From: an uncultured Deinococcales bacterium
Lineage (GTDB): Bacteria > Deinococcota > Deinococci > Deinococcales > JAAFIG01
NCBI GenBank assembly: GCA_964244895.1
Contig: CAXTKV010000095.1
Coordinates: 1 to 18,964 of the forward strand
DNA: 18,964 nt
Direction of reading: 5' to 3'
The translations under genes and the position numbers were made by a program. Shown one piece after another: positions 1-7,432 of this stretch (position 1 is its first letter; each line of letters starts with the position of its first letter). The notes beneath the pieces are model-generated. The model was not told the origin of the DNA and did no database searches. It was given only the letters and a program-made list of their open reading frames with translations.

Positions 1-322
1 CCGTGGCGTAAACGTACCCGCGCCGGTTCATGTGAATCCGGTTGCCCGTATCCCGCGCGATCGTTTCCAGAAGATCGATGCTGCGGTTCACCAGCCCGAC
101 CATCGCGCCGCCGTAGAGCGAATCATCCGGGCCGGGCCACCAGTTGCGGTAGCACTCCGTGGATTTATCGCTGGTCAATGAAAGTGGCGCGTCCCGTTCG
201 ACCAGCACGACGTTCCGCGCGCCGTTCACGACCGCCAGAAAGTACGCGCACGCGATCCCGACGATGCCCGCACCGCAGATCACGACTTCGGCCTCGAGTG
301 GATGGGATGCTACGGCGCTCAT
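1..322 (-). CDS. FAD-dependent oxidoreductase (DAO / sarcosine oxidase beta-like), N-terminal part, runs off the left edge
   Basis: Not in the ORF track. Manual translation from ATG at 322 gives MSAVASHPLEAEVVICGAGIVGIACAYFLAVVNGARNVVLVERD...TSDKSTECYRNWWPG..., with a Rossmann GxGxxG motif and an acidic residue ending the second strand. The frame stays open to base 1. TGTCATGAT lies 6 nt upstream (leaderless-type promoter). Confidence 0.85.
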   Translation of the reverse strand, partial: MSAVASHPLEAEVVICGAGIVGIACAYFLAVVNGARNVVLVERDAPLSLTSDKSTECYRNWWPGPDDSLYGGAMVGLVNRSIDLLETIARDTGNRIHMNRRGYVYAT

Positions 323-371
323 GGCGGGATCATGACACGCGGTTCACGGGACGCACAGCCCGGAGCGCCTC

Positions 372-432
372 GAGAAGACCGTCCTGGACGGTCTTCCTGT
401 ACTCGAGAAATATGCGTGCTGGACGGTGTTCT
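372..432. repeat. REP-like composite repeat, copy 1
   Basis: Perfect palindrome GAAGACCGTCC-T-GGACGGTCTTC (374-396), a spacer, then GCGTGCTGGACGGTGTTCT (414-432). CTCGAG at 369-374 overlaps the left end. Confidence 0.85.
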
Positions 433-445
433 TAAATCGGGACGC

Positions 446-475
446 AAAAACCCCGCACGAGATCATCGTGCGGGG
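446..475 (-). terminator. Intrinsic terminator of the pilin-like gene
   Basis: 10-bp stem CCCCGCACGA/TCGTGCGGGG with a 5-nt loop, followed by TTTTT on the minus strand, 15 nt after the stop at 491. Confidence 0.85.
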
Positions 476-490
476 CGAGGGTTCAGGCGG

Positions 491-3343
491 TCAGTATCCG
501 GCCTGGGTTGCGCCCTTGATCACGGGCAACGGCGCGTTGACGGGCGCGTTCGGATCGAGCGGGTTGATCTGGTTCGTAGAACCCAGATCGCTGCGGTAAA
601 GCTTCAAACCCCAGCTCGCCGCAGACGAAGCGGTCGGGAAGGACGGCGGCTTGACTGCTGGATTGCGCATGCGCCTGTCGTAGGTCACGGCGCGACCATA
701 ACCGCAGTTGATCGAACCGGTCGCGGAGCTGAACTGTCCCCAGACGCCGTAATTGTTCTGGATCACACCACCGAGCAATCGGACGTTCCCCAGTCCGTTG
801 CCGCCGTTGGAGAGCGCCGTCGGGCACGGGCTGGTCATCGCGCCGTTGACTTGCACGCTGCCCTGAGAGGCCATCAGCACGGCGTGAATCGTGACGTTCT
901 GCTGCTGGCTGGCGGCGATATTGATGTTGTTGCCTGATCCCGCCGTGTACAAGCCCAGAATGTTGTCGGCGGGTGGGTTCGTGGTGCTGTCGGGGTCATC
1001 GCAGGTGGCGGGCGTGACATTTCCACTGGCGTCAACGGACGGGCTGCTCGAGCAGAGGGGTTTCTCGTACTTGATATCCGTGTAGACGTTGATATCGCCG
1101 CTGGTGACGATGTTTAACTTGGCGAAACTGGCGACGGAAGGCGGAGCGGTGTTCGGATCGGTGGCTGTGGTTCGGGCTGGGCCGTACAGGTCGACGTTGG
1201 AACCGTTGATGTAGACGACACCGTTGAAGCTCGAGATAGAAGACCCTGAAAGATTCTTGGCGGTCGTCCAGCCGGTATTGAAAGCTGGTGCACTGGCGGG
1301 CATAGCCACGCTATTGCTGGTCGTAGGGTAAGTGCGTTCCTGGAGAATCATGTTGCCCAAACTATCTTTGTAGGAACGGTACTCGTGAACCACGACCCAG
1401 GTGTACACCACGGGGCCGCCGTAGCTGCACGCGCCAGCGATCATGGTCGCCTGTTGGTGCGGAACCATCGTCAGGTTCGGCGGTGGGGGCGGCGGTGGGG
1501 TCGGGGTCGGCGGTGGCGGCGGGGTGGGGGGGGGGGGGGGGGGGGGAGGCGGCGCGGGAGGGCCGGGAGGAGCCGGTGGCGGCGGCGGAAGCGGCACGGT
1601 CACGGTGATCGTGGAGGTCGCGTTCAAACCCAGGCTGTACTGGTCTCGAGCCTGCAGCTGTGCCACCATCGCGACCGTTTGAGCCGGAGAAGTCACTGCA
1701 GGAGATTTGTAGGTATTGGTGTTCGTGGGTCCAGCCGGGTAAGCGTTCGGGCTGCTGCCCGCGACCAGGTACCAGTTGACCGTTGGATCAGCCGCAGCGA
1801 TCGTGTACGTGTTCGCGTTGGGCAGGACGGTCGCCGTCACTTTTTTCGTATTCCCACCGAACGCGATGCTAGCCGTCACCGGGCTGACCGTCAGCGTGGT
1901 GGGTTGTGCGCGGCAGTTGGAGACGTTTCGCGTTTCCCAGAAGCGGAAGAACTGGTACGCCGCAGTCCCGCTGCCCGTGATCTGATTGCCGCTCGAATCG
2001 AGCGCGGCAAGTTCCGTCTTGTTCAACACCTTCAGATCACCAGCGGTTGAACTGCTGGATTTGACATCCAGGTAAATGCCTGCCGCACTCGCGTCCGTGG
2101 CCTGCTGGCTCGAGGCTGCGGGCAGCGGAATGATGTCCTTGGCGTAATCGCCCTTGTAGGTGTACTGCGAGTATTGCGTCGGCGTGGCGCTGCTGGCGCC
2201 ATCTTTGATGGTCTGAGGATAGGTGGTACCCAACAGGGTCGGCGGGTTGCCAGAAATCAGGCCCGTGCCGTTGGAGAGCGTGTAGGCTCCCGAGGTCACG
2301 GCGGTGCTGCACACGCCTGCGCCAGCCGCGTTGGTGGAGACCGTACCCTGGCAACCGGAACTGGTCAGCACGTCGCTGAACCACGGCTTGCCGTTGTACG
2401 CGAAGTTGCCGTTGGTGTGAACCGGGCCGTCGAAGACGGTGGTGTTGGAAAAATAAACGTTGTTGCCGCCGACGCGTTGCGAGTTGGTCAGCATCACGAA
2501 GTACGCGAAGCTGGCGGGTTGCATCTCGAGCTGGAATTCGCCGCTCATCTGAATGGTGTTGCTGCGTTCGCTCAGGACGCGCGTCCCGCTCATGAGTTGC
2601 CCGATGGCGGTCGCGTTGCTGGTGCGGAACACGAAGTTATACGAGCTTCCGCCCGGTTTGACGCTGACGCGCACCGGGGTCATGCCGTAGCGGGCGCGGT
2701 ACTGGGTGGTCGTGCCGTCGGTATTGGTGGTCATGACTTGCGTGTACTTGTTCTGCTGGCCGGAATCGAACACGCCTTCCCAGAAGGTCTCGGCTTGCGG
2801 CTTGGTGGTCGGGTAGCTGCTCAATCCCGCCATGTAGTTGGTGGTTGCCAGGTACCGGGCGTATGGCGATTGGGTTTGCGGAGCCACGGCGGTTAACGGG
2901 ATGTAATCGGTGAAGACCTGGAAGCGGTTGGCGACCGGGGTCGGGTAGGTCGGGGTGGCTGCAGTTTCTGGCGTCGTGCAGAGGTCTCCGCCGGTGCTGA
3001 TCAGCGCGTTCCAGTTTTCGGTGGCTGCGGCTCCGGCGGCTTTGTTGCAGAACTTTTCGGCCAGCGAAAACGCGGTGGCCTGGTTGAGCGTCGGGATGTT
3101 CAGGCTCGAGAGCAAGCCCGCCCAGGCGCGCAGGTCGCCGGTGCTGGAGTTGGTGTCGCTGATGATGCGGGCCACGCCGGATTCGCTGGCGTATTTGGCC
3201 TCGAGCGTGACGCGTTGGTCGCCGGTGACGCGGCGGCTCGAGATCGAGACGGTGGTGATGGCGGCGAACAGCACGCCGAGGAACACGGCGGCGGAAAGCA
3301 CCACCACGACCAGCGCGATGCCTTGGTCTCTGCGCTTGTTCAC
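491..3343 (-). CDS. PilX/ComZ-like type IV minor pilin or pilus-tip protein (PilX N-terminus plus DUF4900-like region) with an inserted Ig-like and Pro-rich segment
   Basis: GTG start with AGAGGT RBS. Basic leader and prepilin-like cleavage site QG|IALVVVV lacking Glu5 (PilX/GspK class), followed by an AKYASESG motif. Contains SFAYFVMLTN...FDGPVHTNG. 950 aa, rich in Ser/Thr/Asn/Gly, with several Cys. Confidence 0.8.
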   Translation of the reverse strand: MNKRRDQGIALVVVVLSAAVFLGVLFAAITTVSISSRRVTGDQRVTLEAKYASESGVARIISDTNSSTGDLRAWAGLLSSLNIPTLNQATAFSLAEKFCNKAAGAAATENWNALISTGGDLCTTPETAATPTYPTPVANRFQVFTDYIPLTAVAPQTQSPYARYLATTNYMAGLSSYPTTKPQAETFWEGVFDSGQQNKYTQVMTTNTDGTTTQYRARYGMTPVRVSVKPGGSSYNFVFRTSNATAIGQLMSGTRVLSERSNTIQMSGEFQLEMQPASFAYFVMLTNSQRVGGNNVYFSNTTVFDGPVHTNGNFAYNGKPWFSDVLTSSGCQGTVSTNAAGAGVCSTAVTSGAYTLSNGTGLISGNPPTLLGTTYPQTIKDGASSATPTQYSQYTYKGDYAKDIIPLPAASSQQATDASAAGIYLDVKSSSSTAGDLKVLNKTELAALDSSGNQITGSGTAAYQFFRFWETRNVSNCRAQPTTLTVSPVTASIAFGGNTKKVTATVLPNANTYTIAAADPTVNWYLVAGSSPNAYPAGPTNTNTYKSPAVTSPAQTVAMVAQLQARDQYSLGLNATSTITVTVPLPPPPPAPPGPPAPPPPPPPPPTPPPPPTPTPPPPPPPNLTMVPHQQATMIAGACSYGGPVVYTWVVVHEYRSYKDSLGNMILQERTYPTTSNSVAMPASAPAFNTGWTTAKNLSGSSISSFNGVVYINGSNVDLYGPARTTATDPNTAPPSVASFAKLNIVTSGDINVYTDIKYEKPLCSSSPSVDASGNVTPATCDDPDSTTNPPADNILGLYTAGSGNNINIAASQQQNVTIHAVLMASQGSVQVNGAMTSPCPTALSNGGNGLGNVRLLGGVIQNNYGVWGQFSSATGSINCGYGRAVTYDRRMRNPAVKPPSFPTASSAASWGLKLYRSDLGSTNQINPLDPNAPVNAPLPVIKGATQAGY
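1526..1546. repeat. G21 homopolymer (C21 on the coding strand, seven CCC Pro codons)
   Basis: Read directly. It is in frame within the poly-Pro tract. Confidence 0.9.
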
Positions 3344-3729
3344 GTCGCACCTCTGGGTTGGGCTTTCATGGACTGACCTCGCTTTACAAATGAATAGGGC
3401 GAACCGTCTGGGACAGACTTTTTCAAAACCAACCGTAGTCGCACTTCACTTACATCACCCTTACTTTTGGGGTGTGTTTCGTACAATTTTCGATACCGAA
3501 ACGGGCAGTTCGGGGCCGTCTCACAAGGAAGGGGCAATGCCTGAAGCATCGCGTCCTCGAAGGCTTGTTTGAAGCTTTACGTGGCCACCTCGAGTCCAAC
3601 CTGGGGTGCGTCCACATCAGGAATCGGAACTGAGTTTCCTCGGCGCGACCGCCACCATCGAGGAGCGAATCTCGAGTGAGCGCCATCAGTAGAACCGGGA
3701 TTTTGAAACCCGACTCATCCCAGAACCCG

Positions 3730-3735
3730 TACACT
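3730..3735 (+). promoter_or_regulatory. -10 box TACACT of a probable leaderless transcript
   Basis: TACACT-6 nt-ATG (3742) with no SD sequence, the typical Deinococcota leaderless arrangement. Confidence 0.65.
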
Positions 3736-3741
3736 CGAGGC

Positions 3742-4596
3742 ATGAAACGAACGCTGTGGTTGCTCGGGCTGACGCCCATGCTCGCCTCGTGCGCACTGTT
3801 CGGTAGCGTCGTGCGCACCCCGACCTTCGAGATCAAGGAGGCGGGTTTCGAGCGTTTCGATCCGCCCGGACTGGACACGCCCGCCGTGGCCGTGCTGAAA
3901 CTCTACCTAGAAGGCCGCAACCCCAACCCGGCGGGCGGCACGATCCAGGAAATGGGCTTCGATATCCTGCTGGACGATCAGAAAGTCGTGGGAGCGACCG
4001 CGCCCGATTTCACGCTGGAAGCCAACAACGCGCCCAAGATCATTCCCGTGACCGTGACCGTGCCGATCACGTCCAGCAGCTTGCAAAGCTTGTTCCGCGT
4101 GGTGCGCGGCGATCCGGTGTCGTATCGGCTTCAGGGCGCCTTCCGCGTCAACCTGGGGCCGTTGGGCAGCCCGAAATTTGGGCCGTTCACGTTCGCGCAG
4201 GGCACGTTCAAATCGCAGACGCTGCAATCTCAACCGCCGAGTTTTTCGTGGCGCGCCGATCTGACGCGGCTGACGCTGGGCGCAGGCGGGCTGGTGTTCG
4301 ATCTGGGTTTCGAAGTCAAAAACCCGTCACCCGTGGGCTACCGATTGATCGCGCCGCTGGCTTTGACGGTCGGCGGCAAGGCGGTCGCCAGGGCCGAGGC
4401 GGGCGGCACGGTCAAGGGAGCCGCCACCAGCGTGGTGTACGCGCGCTTCCAGATCGATCCGATCACGGCAGCCCAGAGCGTCTTCGCGGGGAATTTTGAC
4501 TTTCAGATTTCGGGCTCGCCGACGTTGGAAGTCCCCGGTTTGCAGTCCTATAACTTCCCGCTGTCCGTGCTCTTCGGCGGCACGGCCAAACGCTGA
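3742..4596 (+). CDS. LEA type 2 / WHy-domain lipoprotein, probably two tandem domains
   Basis: Start revised from 3676. Signal peptide MKRTLWLLGLTPMLASC has a lipobox (LASC). NPN motif (GRNPNP) and a second VKNPSP motif in a beta-rich sequence. Confidence 0.75.
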   Translation: MKRTLWLLGLTPMLASCALFGSVVRTPTFEIKEAGFERFDPPGLDTPAVAVLKLYLEGRNPNPAGGTIQEMGFDILLDDQKVVGATAPDFTLEANNAPKIIPVTVTVPITSSSLQSLFRVVRGDPVSYRLQGAFRVNLGPLGSPKFGPFTFAQGTFKSQTLQSQPPSFSWRADLTRLTLGAGGLVFDLGFEVKNPSPVGYRLIAPLALTVGGKAVARAEAGGTVKGAATSVVYARFQIDPITAAQSVFAGNFDFQISGSPTLEVPGLQSYNFPLSVLFGGTAKR

Positions 4597-4611
4597 GGCT
4601 AACGGATCAAT

Positions 4612-4636
4612 CTCGAGGAACGCCGTCCAGGGCGCG
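4612..4636. repeat. REP-like half copy
   Basis: CTCGAGGAACGCCGTCCAGGGCGCG resembles the family arm GAACACCGTCCAGCACGCG. Confidence 0.6.
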
Positions 4637-4708
4637 AATCTCGATGCCGAACACGGATTCTCGAGCTTCAGCACCAGAGCTGTGATCAAGCATAGAACGG
4701 TGAAGCGA

Positions 4709-4776
4709 GCATCTCGAAAGCACCGTCCCAGACAGTGTCCTCGAGATGCAATATTTTGCGTCCAGCACGGTCTTCT
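4709..4776. repeat. REP-like composite repeat, copy 2
   Basis: Hairpin GCATCTCGA-AAGCACCGTCCCAGACAGTGTCC-TCGAGATGC followed by TTTTGCGTCCAGCACGGTCTTCT, which abuts the cupin stop codon. Confidence 0.75.
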
Positions 4777-5099
4777 TACTCTTCGACCTGGAGGCGCTTG
4801 CCCTCCCAGACATCGATGAACGATGCCCCGGCGTGAACCCTGGCGCTGTGCGGCACGCCCGCCGGAATGGTGTACGAGTCTCCCCTGTTCAGCACGTGCA
4901 GCACGCCACCGATGGTCAATTCGACCGTGCCCTCCAGGATCACGCCCCACTGACCCTGATGGGCGTGCTCGGGCACGTCTACGATCTGGGTCGCCACGAA
5001 AAACGACGCCTGGCCTTTCTTTCCGGTCAGCACGCTGCCGGTCAGGCCGGGCCAGACTTCCACCTGGGCGAACTCCTGAATCCAATCCGCGAATGGCAT
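4776..5099 (-). CDS. Cupin domain protein (cupin_2-like)
   Basis: Start revised to ATG 5099, which has an AGGAGGT RBS. Cupin motifs PEHAHQGQWGVILEG and GDSYTIPAGVPHSA. Confidence 0.88.
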   Translation of the reverse strand: MPFADWIQEFAQVEVWPGLTGSVLTGKKGQASFFVATQIVDVPEHAHQGQWGVILEGTVELTIGGVLHVLNRGDSYTIPAGVPHSARVHAGASFIDVWEGKRLQVEE

Positions 5100-5170
5100 A
5101 CCGCACCTCCTGAGGCTCGAGTATCGCACGCCACAGCCTCGTTGCGGCGCGCGAAGGTAGCCTTCGGGAC

Positions 5171-5887
5171 ATGACGCTTACCGGAAAAGTGGGGCTGGTC
5201 ACGGGTGGCAGCAAGGGGATCGGGCTGGCCATCGCGGAAGCGATGGTGGCGCACGGCATGAACGTCGCGATCACGGCGCGCAACGAAACCGAAGTGATGG
5301 ACGCGGCCAGAGCCCTGAACGCCACAGGCCCCGGCAAAGCCATCGGCGTGCGGGCGGACGCGAGAGATTACAACGATCAGGACAACGCGGTCAGCCTGAC
5401 GGTGCAGGAATTTGGCGGGCTGGACGTGCTGATCGCCAACGCGGGCGTCGGAATTTTCAAACCCGTGCAGGATTTGAGCTTGGAGGACTGGCACGCGGTC
5501 ATCGATACCAACCTGACGGGCGTGTTCTACAGCCTCAAGGCCGCCGTCCATGAACTCGAGAAGCGCCAGGGCTACGCGATCACGATTTCCAGCCTGGCGG
5601 GCAAGAACCCGTTCGTCAACGGTGCCGCGTACAACGCCAGCAAGTTCGGGCTGAACGGTTTCACCGAAGCCGCCATGCTGGATTTGCGCGCGCTCGGCAT
5701 CAAGGTCAGTTACGTCATGCCGGGATCGGTGGCCACGTATTTCAACGGTCACACACCGTCGGACGCCGACGCCTGGAAGATTCAACCCGAGGACCTGGCG
5801 CAGGTCGTGATCGATTTGTTGGAGATGAACCCGCGCACGCTGCCCAGCCGGGTCGAGGTGCGCCCCAGCCAGCCGCCGAAACGCTGA
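5171..5887 (+). CDS. Classical short-chain dehydrogenase/reductase
   Basis: TGGSKGIG cofactor motif, ANAG and catalytic YNASK. TAGCCT -10 box 7 nt upstream of the ATG. Confidence 0.93.
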   Translation: MTLTGKVGLVTGGSKGIGLAIAEAMVAHGMNVAITARNETEVMDAARALNATGPGKAIGVRADARDYNDQDNAVSLTVQEFGGLDVLIANAGVGIFKPVQDLSLEDWHAVIDTNLTGVFYSLKAAVHELEKRQGYAITISSLAGKNPFVNGAAYNASKFGLNGFTEAAMLDLRALGIKVSYVMPGSVATYFNGHTPSDADAWKIQPEDLAQVVIDLLEMNPRTLPSRVEVRPSQPPKR

Positions 5888-5976
5888 CGCGGACGGCGAT
5901 CAACCTCGAGACGCAGGGTACGGCCTCGCGAGCAGCCGAGTCCCGAGTCTGCCCAGTTGGGGACTCAGGATTCACC

Positions 5977-6026
5977 GAGAACACCGTCCAGCACGCGTTC
6001 ACGATTCTGCGTGCTGAACGGTGTTC
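5977..6026. repeat. REP-like inverted doublet, copy 3
   Basis: GAACACCGTCCAGCACGC (5979-5996), 12-nt spacer, GCGTGCTGAACGGTGTTC (6009-6026). Lies between convergent genes. Confidence 0.88.
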
Positions 6027-6082
6027 AGGCCAGTGTCATTCGGGCCAGTGTCATTCAGGCCAGCGTCATTCAAGCCAGCGTC
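6024..6082. repeat. 15-bp tandem repeat, 4 copies, overlapping the HD-GYP stop codon
   Basis: TTCAGGCCAGTGTCA / TTCGGGCCAGTGTCA / TTCAGGCCAGCGTCA / TTCAAGCCAGCGTC. Confidence 0.9.
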
Positions 6083-7125
6083 GGCGCGGAGGGCGCGGCG
6101 AACATCGCGGCTTTGGGCACGTCGCCGAGCGTGATCTCGCCGCAATCCAGAAGCCCACAAAAAAGATCGACAACGCGAAGATCGAAATGCGATCCGGCAC
6201 CGCGCCGCACGATCTCGAGCGCATCCGCGATGCGCATCGCCTCGCGGTAGGAACGATCCGATGTCAGCGCCTCGAACACGTCCAGCACGCTCAGCACGCG
6301 CCCACCCAGAGGAATCTGTTCGCCCCGCAGGCCGTCCGGATAACCCGTGCCATCCCAGCGTTCGTGGTGCGCGCGCATGATCTCGACCAGCGGCCCGAAA
6401 GATTCGGAAGCCCCGAGCAGAATCCGGCAGCCGATCTCGACGTGTCGCTGCATCTCGAGGCGCTCGATCGCATCGAGGGGGCCGGGTTTGTTCAGGATGC
6501 GTTCGCTGACGCCGATCTTGCCCAGGTCGTGCAGCAGCGACGCCCAGTAGAGCTCGTACCGCTGGCGTTCGTTCAGCCCGAGCGCGTTGCCCATGACCTG
6601 GGCGTTGAACGCCACGCGTTCGCTGTGATCTGCGGTGCTCGAATCGCGTTCGTCCACCAGCGTCGCCAGGGTCATCAGGCTCGACTGGTACGCCTGAGAG
6701 AGTTGCTTGGAGAAGCTTTCAGAGGCGTTCAATTTTTCGTGCAGCACCCCGGAGAGCGCGCCCGCGATGGCGCCGTTCATGGCAAAGATGACGGTTCGCA
6801 TGATCCAGGCCAGCAGGGGTTGGGGCTGATTGGTTTCGACCTGCAACGGCATCCACGGCCCGACCAGCAATCCGCCCAGCACGCCCGCCAGCAAACCCCC
6901 GAGTGGACCGAACAACAAACCCGAGAGCATCACCGGCAGGTACATCAGTTGCAGGTAGACCTTGGCCGTGCCACCCGTCGAGTAGACCAGCGCCGCGATG
7001 CAGGTCTCGAGCAGGATCAAACTGATGCCGAGCAACCACGCGTTGCGTTGCGTCCCGAACAATTGTGCGGCCAACGCACGCGTCCAGCGCGGGGATTGCG
7101 TCAACCTTTGATCGATATCGAACAT
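6070..7125 (-). CDS. Membrane-anchored HD-GYP domain protein (putative c-di-GMP phosphodiesterase)
   Basis: Start revised to ATG 7125 (GGGGAG RBS). Several N-terminal hydrophobic helices. DHSERV, LLHDLGKIG, HHERWDGTGYP and DVFEALTSDRSY motifs. Confidence 0.9.
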   Translation of the reverse strand: MFDIDQRLTQSPRWTRALAAQLFGTQRNAWLLGISLILLETCIAALVYSTGGTAKVYLQLMYLPVMLSGLLFGPLGGLLAGVLGGLLVGPWMPLQVETNQPQPLLAWIMRTVIFAMNGAIAGALSGVLHEKLNASESFSKQLSQAYQSSLMTLATLVDERDSSTADHSERVAFNAQVMGNALGLNERQRYELYWASLLHDLGKIGVSERILNKPGPLDAIERLEMQRHVEIGCRILLGASESFGPLVEIMRAHHERWDGTGYPDGLRGEQIPLGGRVLSVLDVFEALTSDRSYREAMRIADALEIVRRGAGSHFDLRVVDLFCGLLDCGEITLGDVPKAAMFAAPSAPTLA

Positions 7126-7285
7126 GCTCCCCCGGACGGCGGGTGGATCGAGATGACGATTCCGCGCCGGACATTCGTCGTGGATCACACACTATAAAGG
7201 CACGAAAGGCCGAATCTCGGTCTGTTTGCACGCCCTCACTCGAGCCGCGCCGACCCATCAGATTGGCTCGCGCGGCGTTCCCAGA

Positions 7286-7351
7286 AGAACACCGTCCCAC
7301 ACGCAAAAGCGCGCATCCCGAGAACACCGTCCGAGACGGTGTTCTCGGGAT
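7286..7351. repeat. REP-like composite repeat, copy 4 (inverted relative to copies 1 and 2)
   Basis: AGAACACCGTCCCACACGC (7286-7304) plus a 17-bp perfect stem ATCCCGAGAACACCGTC-CGA-GACGGTGTTCTCGGGAT (7315-7351). Confidence 0.88.
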
Positions 7352-7432
7352 TGCATCGGGTTCAGAAATCGCACCCGATGCGCCATCGGTGCCATCAGTT
7401 CCGCCCAAAACGCACGATCTGGCTTCAGACCA

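Noticed and set aside
1443..1682. Gly-rich 79-aa plus-strand ORF
   Set aside because: It is simply the antisense reading of the poly-Pro tract.
3395..3422. AGGGCGAACC...GGGAC resembling a c-di-GMP-I riboswitch upstream of the pilin-like gene
   Set aside because: It is on the strand opposite the pilin gene and lacks the GNRA-loop stem and the GCAAAG and second-stem elements. It may be a decayed copy of the palindrome family.
3340..3549. 69-aa minus-strand ORF overlapping the pilin start
   Set aside because: No RBS, no recognisable motif and atypical codon use. The pilin gene has its own RBS.
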